A DNA stretch of 64,000 bases from Stegostoma tigrinum (Eukaryota): assembly GCF_030684315.1 (NCBI RefSeq), contig NC_081362.1, forward strand, positions 13,510,589-13,574,588, read 5' to 3'. The position numbers were made by a program, and so were the translations under genes. This document shows positions 37,367-50,138 of this stretch, piece after piece. The notes below the pieces were generated by a model. That model had not been told where the DNA came from, ran no database searches, and saw only the letters and a program-made list of their open reading frames with translations. Each line of letters opens with the position of its first letter. The stretch's first letter is position 1.

Positions 37367-37992
37367 TGTTATGACCAGACCAAGCTGTGTCAAAATATAT
37401 TAAGAAGATAATCTAGACCCTAACAGTTTAAAGGGAAGTGTAAGGCATTGTGTTCGAGATGCAATTCGTTTGGTGAAACTACCAGACTTGAAACAAAACA
37501 CACTTTATTCATCCACCATAATTAAAATACAGACAAAACAAAAAAAATGAATTGGCTTAACTGTAACTCTATTGAAATGCTTACCAAAGTAATACTTACA
37601 TTAACTACTACTAATTAACTGTTCCACAATTAGAACATCCAATAAGCACGCCCTTGACAAAGGCAAATACTGTAAAATAGATCGTCACACATGCAATTCT
37701 AGCAGCAGGAAGAGAATCCCAGTTTTTAGCTGTAACACAGAGAGGAATAAGAGCTGCCATATCCAGCTTCAAGACCCCAGCAACTGCTACTGAAGGTTAA
37801 AACTTAAAAAAACTGGGCTGTGGGAACTTGCCTCCATCAATTCCAGGTGTTTCTACTGTTCCAACTTAAAAGAAACTGAAGGCCTCACAAGCTGTATGCT
37901 TTTTTGGCTTTGGAGCAGGCTGCTCATCATCTTTGTTTCAACCTTTCTTCATGAAAAAAGTACAAAATATGCCTCTTAAAGCCATCATATCA
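37367..37992 (-). repeat. 3' LTR
   Basis: Colinear with 43179-43808; TG..CA-like ends; minus-strand AATAAA at about 37504-37509; polypurine tract at about 37997-38017. Confidence 0.8.
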
Positions 37993-38185
37993 GCCTACTT
38001 CCCCCTTTTAAAAAAAATGAACCATCACTGTACAGAGATGGCTTCATTTTTAAAAATCTTTAACCTTACGACATTAATACTCAACAATACATATTCATAA
38101 CATTGACTGTAAGCATGAAAATGGTTACTGCTACAGCCCATTACAGTATGTTTCTCCCACCACCAAATACCTCTGTCTTCCTTCA

Positions 38186-38510
38186 TTAATTTTGTGACAA
38201 TACATCAACAATTACATTCTCGCTTCCTGCCATGTGTATAATTGTAAACTCTCCCAAATGTGGAATAGGGTATGAATCAGATTTTGCAAGTGCATTGATT
38301 TTGTGATAATCTACAAGTAGTCATTGGGTACCATTTGGTTTTGCCGCCAATAACATGGGTGAGCCTCAGTTGCTACAACTCACTTCAATTATGTTTGTCT
38401 TTGAGCGTGCGGTGAATTTCTTTTTGAAACCTTGCCAACTTTAGAGGGTTAAGTCTATAAGCATTTCCAATATCTACCTCATGAATAATCAGATTGGTAC
38501 TTCCCAGCTT
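38186..38510 (-). pseudogene. RT N-terminus fused to RNase H C-terminus
   Basis: YRLNPLK..QKEI, IIEVSCSN*GSPMLL, VDYHKINALAKSDSYPIPHLGE joined to FTIIHMAGSENVIVDVLSQN*. Confidence 0.8.
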
Positions 38511-38559
38511 ACACTCACATATCTCTCCACATGATTGTAATAAATCTTGCAGGCCATTT

Positions 38560-40597
38560 CAAGAACAATACAGCATGGATATAGGCCCTTCGGCGCTCCA
38601 TGCCTGCTCTGACACATTTTGTCCTTCCAAACTAAAACTGTCTTCACTTATAGGATCCATATCCCTTTATTCCCTTCCGATTCAAGTTTTCATCCAGGTG
38701 CTGTTTGAATGCTGCTATTGTGTCTGCATTCATCACCTACTCTGTCAGAAGGTCCCAGGCACTCACCATCCTTTGTGTGAAACATTTACTTCACGCATAT
38801 GTTTTAAGCTTCCCCCCTCATGCCTTGAACCTGTGTTCTGTAATAACTAGCCACTCCACTCTAAAAAAAGCCTCATACTTTCCACTCTATTCATGCGATT
38901 CACAATCTTATAAAGCTCTATCAGATTACCCCTCAACCTCCTGAATTCCAGTGTAAATAAACCTAGCCTATCTAACCTTTCTTCATAGCTAAAATCCCTC
39001 ATACCAGGCAACATCCTGGTAAACCTTTTCTCTGCCCCCTCCAAAAGCATCCACATCTTTCTGGTAGTGTGGTGACCAGAACTTTACACAATAACTGACT
39101 GAAGTTCTATAAATCTGCAGCATCACTTGTCTATCATTATATTCAATGCCCCTTCCAATAAAGGCAAACCTGCTATAGGTCTTTCTTACTGCCTTATCTA
39201 CCTGCGCTGACCCCTTCAGTGATCTGTGGACCTACACACCAAGATCCCTCTGCAGATCAATACTCCTAGAGGTTCTGCCATTCACTGTATAATTTCCACC
39301 TGTACTTGTTCTTCCAAAGTGCATCACCTGACATTTGCCCAGATTAAATTCCATTGCCATTTTTCTGCCCATGCCTTGAACTGATCCACATTTTCTGTAT
39401 TCTCTAACAAACCTCTCCACTATCCACAACTCCACCAATCCTTGTATTGTCCTCAAACTTACTAATTAGACCAGCCACGTTTTCCTTCAAATCATTTATG
39501 TAGAACACAAACAGCAGAGGTCTCAGCATTGATCCCTGTGGATCACAATGAGTCACAGCCTTTCATTCAAAAAGCAATCTTCCACAACTACCTTCATTCT
39601 CCTATACCTAAGCCAGTTATGTATCCATCTTACCAGCTCACTCCTGATACCATGTGACTTCACCTTTTATACCAGTTTGCCAATGTAGACTTTGCCAAAG
39701 GCTTTATTTAATTCCATGTAGACAACATCAACTACTTTTCCCTCATCAAACATTTTCGTCACCTCCTCAAAAAACGCAATCAAGTTTGTGAGGCACAACC
39801 TCCCCCACATGAAACCATGCTGTCTATCGCTAAACAGTCCATTTGCTCCTAAATGTATACAGATTTTGTCCCTGAGAATCTTTTCCAATAATTTTTCTAC
39901 CACTCACAAGCCTGTAATTTCCTGGATTATCTCTGCTCCCTTTCTCAAACAATGGGACAACATTGGCTATTCTCCAGTCCTCTGGGACATCACCTGCAGC
40001 TAAAGAGGATATAAGGATGCCTGCCAATTCTCCAGCAATTTGTTCTCTTGCCTCCCTCAATATTCTGAGATAGATCCCATCAGGACCCAAGGACTGATCA
40101 ACCTTCATACATTTTAAAATGCACAATGCCTTTGCTTTTTTAATAGCAACTTGGCTGAGAAATCCCTTCCTGAGATCATCCTTGACTAATTCCTTTTCTT
40201 TGGTGAATATCGATACAAAATATTCATTTAGGGCCTCACCTACCTCTTCTGGCTCCACACGTAGATTCTTTCCTTTGTCCTTGAATGGGCCAGCCATTTC
40301 CCTGACTACTCTTTTGCTTTATATCTAAGTATAAAAAGTCTTGAGATTCTCCTTGATCCTGTTTGCTACTGATTTTTCATGACCTCTTTTAGCCATTCTA
40401 ATTCCTTGTTTAAGTTCTTTTCTACTTTCCCTGTATGTTTCAAAAGCTTCATCAGTTCCCATCCCCCCAGAACTTGCATATGCTTCTTTTTTGACCAGGA
40501 TCATAACATCCCTGGTCATCCAAAGTTCATGTAACGTGCCATGCCTATCCTTCATTCTCACAGGAACATGCCACTCCTGAACTCTTATCAATTGCCT
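38560..40597 (-). mobile_element. CR1 LINE nested in the LTR element
   Basis: GPDGIYLRIL, WRIANVVPLF, RQHGFMWGR, EFNLGKCQVMHFGR and RFTRMLPG. Confidence 0.92.
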
Positions 40598-40849
40598 TCC
40601 TGTAATTTAACACCTTTACCCAAGGACTGCTGTAATCCCTATCCATGAGTATCTTAAAATTCACAGTATTATGGTTACTATTCTGGTCATCATTCAGGCC
40701 ATTAATTTTGATTTTCCTCTGGAAGGTAACTCATTAATTTATCACAATTTTTGAGAACTTCCTCATTGTCCAACTTAATTTGAACAAGGTCCAATTCAGA
40801 ATCATCTGAATTTGGTTTTTGACATTGTACTGTAATAAATAATGCCTTC

Positions 40850-42010
40850 TTCTATTGCTTTCCTTCCCTACCAAAATATCTTTTGAGAGTATTGAGAGTA
40901 TGATAAACTATATGGAATTTCCTTCTATCTGGTATTCTTATTAAGTAACTCACTTCACTCAATTTCCATTCAATATTATAAGGCCCACTAAACCTTTCCT
41001 TTAAACATTCACCTAACACTGGCAGTAATACGAACACCTGATCACCATGGCCAAAATTATAAATTTTTGGTTTCTTCTCTGCTTCCCGCTTCATCAGATG
41101 CTAAGCTACTTTTAAAAGCTGTCGAGCCAACTCACCCACTCTATTTAATCTTTGCCTAAAATTTGATACATTGTCCAAATGTTTGGTGCCTGAACTCAGA
41201 CTTACCAATTTCTCAATTCATTTCAGTGGTTCTCTCACCGCATGCCCAAAAACTAACTCAAATGGACCAAATTTAGTTGATTCATTAGGTGCATCCCAAA
41301 ATTGTAAAAGATACAAGTCAAATTTCTTTATCCCAATCCTCTGGATAGTCTCGACCATAAGGCCTCAACATGATCTTTAAAGTTTGATACCACCGATCTA
41401 ATGCTTCCTGCGACACCGGATGGTACACAATGGATTTATTTCTATGCTATCTTTAACATCTTCCAATAATTTTGATGTAAAATTTGACCCTTGATCCAAT
41501 TGTCTTTCTGTGGGTAGTCCGTATCTAGAAAAGAATTTGAGTAACTCTTCGATAATCCTTTTAGCCACAATACTGCATAATGGAATGGCCTTTGGAAATC
41601 TAGTAGACTCATCCATTAAAATCAACAAGTACTGATTCCTACTGTTTGTTTTTGGTCGGGGTTCTATGCAATCAATTAAGATACTTGTAAAATGTTCCTC
41701 AAATGTAGTAATTGGTACTAAGGGTGCTGGTTTTATCACTGCTGAGGTAATCCAATTACCTGACATATGTGACATGTCCGGAAAAATTCTACCAAATCCT
41801 TATGCAGTTCAGGGCAATAAGAACATTTTTGTATCTTGGTTTGAGTTTTCCTGACTGCCAGATGACCTGCTACTGGTAGTTTGTTTGCTATCTGCAACAC
41901 CTCCTTTCCATAACCCATTGGTCACACCACTTGATGAACTTCTGCCATTTTTCATCCACCTGGGCATGTGATGGTCTCCATTTCTTCATCAAGACATCAT
42001 TTTTAAGATA
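40850..42010 (-). pseudogene. Retrotransposon integrase, disrupted
   Basis: AGHLAVRKT and RTCHICQVIG (zinc finger), ILIDCIEP, RFPKAIPL, DQGSNFTS, and the C-terminal GDQVFVL..RFSGPY module. Confidence 0.85.
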
Positions 42011-43178
42011 ATAACATTCTGGGATTATATTCAGTTTCTTCTTCTGTGTACCCTCTTTGAAAAACTGCTTTCTGCTGCAATTCAGCTAATTTCTCTGAAC
42101 TAAAAGTATTCATGCTGGCCTCGACATCTTCTTGATTTTTCCCAACCATTTGAACAAACATAGTCGCTGATAATTAAACTTCAATTTCCTTATCTTTACT
42201 TTTTGATTTCTCCTCATGTTTCCACCTGTGGCTTTGTGACCTTGCTACTAGACAGTCGGGAAAAATCTCAAGATATACTTCCCGTAACACCTCATTTGCC
42301 TGATCTTCTACTGGATTTTCAGTCACAGTATGCATCACTTGTGATCCAGCTATATCATTACCAAGGATAAAATGTATTTCTGGATCAAGAATTTCCCTAT
42401 TACTCCTACCACCGGTTCAACACATTTCCCCAGACTCTAACCTCACCTTTTATAATGGAACACTGCATTTCTCACCACAACTTCTACATATTACCACTTT
42501 TTTGGCATTACTTCTTCGAATTACGTATCTCCTCATCTCTCACCAAAGATTGTATTGCAACTATATCTTTTAAAATTTAAATTTCTTTACCTTCTCCTCC
42601 CAGCATACTTAAGTAAACCTTACCCATGCAAGTAAACTCTTGAGAGAGATATGACATTTTCTTCCCAGCCAACCCCTGAGCAGGTTGTACATTCTTTTGT
42701 AGCTTGTAGCTTCCAATGTGCTTTCCTATATCACTTGAATTAAACTCTTTGGTTTATTCTGTTTCCCCACATGAGTCTTTCCAATGTTTTTTGTTCAAGC
42801 TGCTTCATTTGAAATTGAATTTTAGCCAATTTACAAAGATTCCGATAGCATTTCCCACAATCATCAATGTTGAACTATTGCTGCAGTTACCTCCCCTTTT
42901 CACATGGACAAAGGCAACCCCAACTCCAGCTTGTCAGGCAATTCCAAAAGCTTTGCCTTGCTGACTTTCTGTAAAACTCCAGATGTGACTTCTGGCACCC
43001 CCAGGAAACTGAGAGTGACTGAAAGAGCCATTACTGCACAAGGCAAACCCTACCTAAACCAACTGAGTTCAACACCTGAAAACAGAACACCAACACTCAC
43101 CACTCACTGCCTTTAAGTCCAATAATCCTAAACCCAAACTGGAATTAGAGATTTTGATCCTGACATGATCCTCCAGTT

Positions 43179-43808
43179 TGTTACAGAGCACACCAAACCC
43201 ACTGAAAAAATTAAAAAGATGGTCTAGACCCTAACTTATTTTTGTCTTAAAGGGAAATGAAGGCACTGTGTTCTAGATGCAATTTGGTTGGTCAAACAAC
43301 CAGGCTTGAAACAAAATACACTGTAATTACAATCCAGACAAAATAAAAATAAAGTAAAAGAATTGGCTCAACCATAACTCTATCAAAATGCTTAACAAAA
43401 CAACATATTTTATCTACAAACAATGAACTTTTCCAAAGTATAGGCATTCCATAAGCACCCGCTTGGCAAAGGCATATTCAGTAAAATAGTTTGTCTCACA
43501 TACAATTCTAATAGCCCAAAGATAACCTCAGCTTTTTGCTGTAACAGAGAGAGGAATAAGAGCTTCTACTTCCAGCTTTTAAGACCCCAGCAACTGCTGC
43601 TGATGGCTAAAACTAAAAGAAATCCTGGTTCTGTGGGTATTTGACCCCACCCATTTAGGCTGCTTCCATTGTTCCAACTTAAAAAAGAAATTCAAGGCCT
43701 CACATGCTGTTTACATTATTGACTTTGGAGCAGACTGCCTTCACCTCTGTCTCAATCTTTCTTCTTAAAAAAAAGGACAAAATTCACATCTTAATGCCAC
43801 CTCTATCA
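43179..43808 (-). repeat. 5' LTR, followed by a degenerate tRNA-Pro-like PBS (43157-43175)
   Basis: TGGAGGATCATGTCAGGAT resembles the tRNA-Pro PBS TGGGGGCTCGTCCGGGAT and starts 3 nt after the LTR end. Confidence 0.75.
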
Positions 43809-44527
43809 CCTATTCCTAATTGTTTCAAGAAGAGAGTAGTGATTCTTTTTCTTGAATTGCTGCAGGCCTTCTGATGGTGATTTTAAAATGGTGTTAGATA
43901 TGGAATTCTGGGATGTTGACTCACTGATAATGAAGGAACACAAACACATTATAGGAATGGTGCATACTAGTCAACCTAGTATACAAGGCAACCCACTGCT
44001 TTGGCCCCGAAGATCACGTTTTTGCATGACTTAATAAATAGGTCACTGCAGTTTTCAGCTATGACATGCTATAGTTACCTCTGTAGATATTCCAAATTTC
44101 TCACTACTGGACGTTTTACATAGCAACACCTCAGGATTGGGGGCAAGAGTTCAAGCAGTCAATTTGGGTTGTGTTGTGAAGATGTACAGGAGTTTAAGAC
44201 ATGCCCATACACAAAAAATGCTGCAAGGCAAAAGAAAATGATGGCAACCACCTACCTGCACACTGAGGTTCACTTTTATTCTTGGCCATAAATCAACCAT
44301 TGTTTTTGGAAAGATTATTTAAGCCTTCAAATGATGAATTACACATGGACATTTCTGGCTCCTCCCCCATAATTATAAGTGACAGACATCATGGTGTCTT
44401 GTTGGTGAAAATGGTGACTTCTATGGAGTTTATGAACTGTCACTAAGATTTTATCTGGTAATATGTTGTGTTTCAGTTTCCATTCAATGCTACTAATGCC
44501 AGTCCTATAGTTTAAGAATTTATTACA

Positions 44528-44650
44528 GAGTCATAGAATCATACAGCACGGAAGCAGACAACCAGTCCATGCCGAACATAACCTCAAACTAAACTAGTTC
44601 CACCTGCTTGCTCCTGCCCATATCCTTCCAAACCTTTCCTATTCATGTGT
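44528..44650 (-). mobile_element. Short CR1-like 3' tail fragment
   Basis: gagtcatagaatcatacagcacggaa..catatccttccaaacctttcctattcatg, related to the 63330 copy. Confidence 0.6.
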
Positions 44651-45009
44651 TTCACTTATGAAACCTTATATATCAGTATGAACGTTCATGTCAGATTTAG
44701 TGAGTAATAACTTACAATGAAAGAAAATTATGCAATTATCACGAAAAAATACTGCAATATTCAGCAGTCATAATTGTACATTTTTCAATATACATTTACA
44801 TTTCAGTTGTGGATTCAGAAATTTAGTACAAGGACTGCAAGCATTTGAAAGCTAAAGCAAATAAATTTGAATTAAATTTGCCAAGTTATTTTACATTAAC
44901 AAACTGCTACATAGGAATCCAACTTTCTTGAAAGCAATATTCTGAAAGTATTACATTTTGATTGCAAGTGACAAGAATAGTAGCTTAGTTGATTGCATTT
45001 TCATCTTTA

Positions 45010-45395
45010 AGTCAAAAGGTTGGTTTTCAAGTGTTAATCCAGGGTTTGGGCACAAAAAATAAAAGCTGACACCCTGGAGCAGTACTCGAGGAATGCTACG
45101 TGATTGAAGATGACATCTTTTGGTGGATAAGACTTTAAACTGAAAGACGCTCTGCCCTCTCATGACAGTATTTTCAAGAAAACAGGGCTATTATCCCCAT
45201 TGTTCTGGCCAATATTTATTCCTGAATCAACATCATAAAATCAGATATTTTGGTTATTATCACATTACTGTTTATGGGAGCTTGCTCCACACAAATTGTC
45301 TGCAATGTTTCATACACTGACGTACCAAAATTACTTCACTGTCTGCAGACCATTTTGGGATGTCCTACAATTATGATATGTGTTATAGAAACTTC
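45010..45395 (+). mobile_element. DeuSINE-like SINE (SacSINE1 type)
   Basis: gctgacacc..gcagtact..ctgccctctca..tggccaatatttat..attatcacattactgtttatgggagcttgct; fragments also at about 15620-15700, 22790-22960 (reverse) and 49400-49545. Confidence 0.65.
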
Positions 45396-48300
45396 CTTTT
45401 TATAGATTAGAAATCAACCTTGTAAATTGGTTACAGCTCTGAACGGTCCTTAGCTATTTATCTTCTGTTTCAATTATTTTGAGATTTTTTTGCCCAGCGC
45501 TTTATTTGTCCATTAAAATCATTTGTTATTTCTGTGTTTTCTATCATACTGCCACCTGAGTTACTTCTGTGTGGTCCTATGAAGACCACAGAAGAGTTTC
45601 AGTTTTTACTCAGTTATTAGCTATTAAGTGGGAGGGGAGGGGAGGGGTATAATGTTTGATTTTCAAACTTGGCTCTACATCAAAATGTATATAACTCCCA
45701 TGAGTGAATTGTAAAGCACCATTTATTTGACAGCACATTTTTCAGTCACTTGTGTCTTCCTAAATGTAACTTTAATCATCTTGCAAATTACCAACATTAC
45801 TCTCATGACCAACTAAGACTTGAAGTGGAATTATAAAGTGTTCTTTCAGAAAAGTAACAATATTCTCCATGAGTACTTTGAAATAAATCTGATCATGATA
45901 TATTTCTGACCTCTTATTTAAAAATAACACTATTGTATGCAATTTTAGCAGGACCTTTTTATACAGTGACAATTTTACGGAACGGGATATTATTTTCTAA
46001 ATACCATAGTGAAAAAAAAAGTTCAATCGGAACAAACTTTTGGCATTTTTGTCTTGAAATTTGGACTGTTGAGTATTTCCTTTGGAATGCAACAAATTAT
46101 TATTTTTAAAGTCTTCAATTGTTACCCCTTTTCCCTTTTAAAGTTATTAATCTCTGCTACGAATTCACCTGCACTTGAAGCTTTCATCTCACTGCTGCCA
46201 AACCAAATGGAATGTTCACCTACATGTTCGTTCTTGCAGTAACTGCTAACCAATGATAAAAGGGGGTGCACTAAATGGTACTGCCCCCTCAGCTAATTAA
46301 CATTGATGTTAATTGTAGTGACACAATGGCAATCTCAATTGACATCAGCTAACTCAGCATACGCCAAGGATTGAATCTGGTCTGTACAACACAGTACTAC
46401 AACAGGCAGACAGCACTGATGTATGCCAGGTCTTGGAGTTCAAAATTATTATTTTCCACAGACTCCTGGATATTTTTCAGCAGAATAGCGTTCAATAAGA
46501 TTACTGAAGTTACACCTGAATTGTGCCGACAAAGGAGTCAAATTTAGACACAATAGTTATGGACAAAGTCTTTTCAAATAAAGAAGCATAATGTACCTTG
46601 ATGGCTAGAATGTCTGTTACAGAATAACAGGAAACTTTGAAGCCAAAATCTCATCAAATTATCATTAACTGTAGCATTTCAGGGTCACAGATTCTGCATG
46701 AAACCGGTAACCTCATATCCAGGGAGATTGTATCTCAAAACAATTTAAATAATTCAATTTAATAACTTTACCTGTTTTAAATAATGTATGTTCACAGATT
46801 GCCTACACTTGTGGCTTAAAAGGCTGAGTTAACATATCATTTGGGCAATGGAAGTGGTTAGCCTGTTACTAGGATGTGCATACATGATGTTGGAAATGTC
46901 TTCCTTGATTTCATTTTCCCATTTTCACCAATGGTGTGATGTTCACTCTGCACCTGATTCTTCATTGCAACAACACCTCTGAAGTTGAAAACCTTCTGTG
47001 CCAAAAAAAAGTTTTCTGGTACTCTGAACACCATGTTACCTATGCAAATTTTTACCATCCCAAACATGAAAATTACTTCTGCCGAGAAACACAATTAAAA
47101 TCTGTTACGTTGCACAAAATAATCACAAAAGTTAGTAAATAGTGAATATTTTACTCAGGATTGCAATAAGAACTCATGCTACTTCAGTTTGATGAAAAGA
47201 AGTCTTGAGTATGTATTAACATAAGAAACCATTGAATTTAAAAAAAAGTCAATGAGCCCATCAAGTATGAGTGTTCTGCAGACAATATACCATTTTGCCT
47301 GTCATGGTCTGTACTTAACTATCTAATCTCCAAAGAAAAGCATCAAGAGAGATCAACGAAACTCAAGAATACCTATCAATCACCTGGCAACTTGACAAAA
47401 TTGTCGCAGTTAAATCAGCAGTTTAAGACATTTCTTTAGCATTTTCTTTGCTTTCCTGGTAAGTCATTAGGAAAATCAGGTGATTTCCTATGGAGAAATC
47501 TTATCATATATTGTGATGAAAAACCTACATTTTTGAGACATCCGCTGGCCAAAGTGAAACAAAGATAATTCCAGAAGGTGGGATGGAATTGGATCTCCTG
47601 GCTCTGAGATAATTTCTAAGATTCAAAATGACTTGTGGCTACTATGAAAATGAGCTTTAAGAAAACAATAAAGACAAGATAATTGAGGGTATCACTTCAG
47701 CCTGTTGTGTCAGAAGAATATATACAGACTTCTGGTCTTCAGGAAAAGCGCAGCTCGCTGCAAAAACAACCAACTTTTCTTCTCTGAGAAGAGGACAGAT
47801 AGGACCTCTGGGTGAAACAATGTACCAGCGAGCTGAAAGGAGTGATAATATCGCAGGTATCTCAAAATGATAGGTGTTGGTTCCAGACATGACTGGACTA
47901 TAAACCGGTGTACTGTTGGTGAATTAGTTGAAAATGAACTCTGGAAAGCAAGGCTGTTGTGATCTAAGGACAAGAGGGTTTGAAAAATTTTCTGACTGGT
48001 GCAATACGTCCATTCATGGTCCCAGAAGCTTGTGGTGCACTATTATCTACACAGTATTCAGCTAGTTCATTCTGTATCCCTCACAATCCTATTCTGACAA
48101 CAACAACTTGTTTTTTAGCACCTTTAACATAGCAACATGTCCTATAACATGTACAATAAGCATATGTTGAAATACTAGATGTCTAAGCAACTCATTTTTG
48201 ATGTTAATCAACACAGTTTTAATAATATCATCTTCAAATGCGTTCCACAAGGTAGAAGTTGATGTGCAAGTCTCGATTTATTTGTAACACTTTTACGTCT

Positions 48301-48562
48301 AATAAAAATACGGTTTCCTTTCCAAAAGTATATATTCTGAAATGAAGACCCTTAAAGTTTATAAAGAAGTGGCAATAAAGCTCAATTTGAAGATTGTCAT
48401 TTACGTTTAGCAGTTCACTGCAAAAATCTGTCTAAATTATACATAGAAATAATCCAAACAATATTCTTACTGATGAGGCTTTCAGCAGGAATATTCAAGT
48501 AAGCAGTCATTTAAGAATTAACAAGGAAATAATGACCAGACAATTGTAAAAGGAGGATATTT

Positions 48563-48850
48563 ATGGTGGCTCTGCTTCACAGAGCCAGGGACCTGGGTTT
48601 AATTATATCCTCCAGCCACTGTCCGGGTGAAGTTTGCACATTCTCCCTGTGTCGGGTTTCCTTCCACAGTCCAAAGATGTGCAGGCTTAGTGGATTGGCC
48701 ACTGTAAATTACCCCAGAGTGTCCAGGGATGGCCACGTTAGGTGGGTGAGCCATGGTAAAAATCACCCATCCTGGAAGGGAGGTATGTTCTCTGGAAGGT
48801 CAGTGCAGATGTGAAGAGCTGAATGTTCTCTTTCTCTATTGTATGGATTT
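48563..48850 (+). mobile_element. HE1/V-SINE-like SINE
   Basis: ctgcttcacagagccagggacctgggttt..gtttgcacattctccctgtgt..cacagtccaaagatgtgcagg. Confidence 0.75.
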
Positions 48851-48986
48851 TGTGGGTTCACATACTTGAACCTTATTTTAGTAATATTCAATGGTTTAAA
48901 AAGTTAAAGTCACCAATAGCTCCCACTGTCCTCATTACAGGAGGATGACTGGTGGTAAGTTTAACCTGGCAGTCACCACACCTGAG

Positions 48987-49142
48987 GTCCACATCTTTGG
49001 ACCGTGGAACAAAACCAGTGTGCCCAGAGGAAACCCATGCAGACATGGGGAGAATGTGCAAACTCTACACAGACAGCCACCTGAGGGGGAATTGAACTGG
49101 GGTCCTTAGCACTGTGAGGCAGCAGCGCTAGTCCCTGAGCCA
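48987..49142 (-). mobile_element. HE1/V-SINE-like SINE, 5' part
   Basis: Reverse complement of the head and V-domain (gggagaatgtgcaaactctacacagacag). Confidence 0.75.
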
Positions 49143-49568
49143 TCCAAAGACAGGACTATCATCGTAACCTTAACCCATGCAAGAACTGAACATACACGCT
49201 GCATCACAAGCTCGCCATCCGGTCAACTGAGCAAATCAAATCCCAGACAAGACATGTATGGAGAAAATATATAATGTATTTGTGTTATCTATTAATACAG
49301 TTACTGTGTGGATTATTGTGGTTGGAATGGAAGACAATCTGTTAATAGATGTTATTCTTAGATTCTGGGTATAATCACCTACTGTGAAGACACAAGCACT
49401 AGCTAACATTTGAATACAGTATGAAGTAGCGCTGCACTGTTAGCTGTTCCATCTTTCGGATGAGACATTTGACTGAGGCCTTCTGTGTCCTTTTCTGCCC
49501 TCTCAGGTGGAATTAAAGATTCCATGACTTCATTTAAATAAAAGGAGGTGACATTTTCATGGGGTGTT

Positions 49569-49855
49569 ATGGTGGCTCAATGGTTAGTACTGCTGCTTCA
49601 CAGTGCCAGGGACCTGGGTTTGATTCCAGCCTTGGACAAATTTCTGTGTGGAATTTTCACATTCTCCCTGTGTTTTTTTGGGTATTCTGGTTTCCTCCCA
49701 CAGTCCAAAAGTGTGCAGGTTAGGTGAATTGGCCATGAGAAATGCAGTGTTACAGGAAAAGGATAGGGTTTGTTTCTGGATGGGATGCTCTTCAGAGGGT
49801 TGGTGAGGACTCAATGGGCCAAGTGGCCTGCTTCCACACTGTCAGGATTCTATGA
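49569..49855 (+). mobile_element. HE1/V-SINE-like SINE next to a DeuSINE-like fragment
   Basis: ggtggctcaatggttagtactgctgcttcacagtgccagggacctgggtttgattcc ... ggattctatga tail. Confidence 0.8.
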
Positions 49856-50138
49856 CTGACCTAGCTCCAACTCACTATTGCAACCTAGCAGGAGATTACT
49901 TAGAATGTCATTAAAAATGTTGTTTTGAACTACTCAAGGGAACATTGGTCAGGTCACTGAGGAGAAATCCATTTCTCTCTCTACAACTGGTACCTGGATT
50001 CCAACATTGAGCAATTTTACACAACACTCCACAGTGGAGTTGAATCTCCCATTCTGTTTGATTATTAGTCTACGCCTGTTAGCTTACTCATCTAATAATG
50101 TGGCTGCAACACAATTGTGAGGAGAGAATTAATAGGCA

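Larger units (their letters stand above)
37367..43808 (-). mobile_element. Decayed Gypsy/Gmr1-type LTR retrotransposon with internal deletions and a nested CR1
   Basis: Two related ~630-bp LTRs, degenerate PBS, PPT, gag and protease remnants, integrase, then RT start and RNase H end. Confidence 0.85.
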
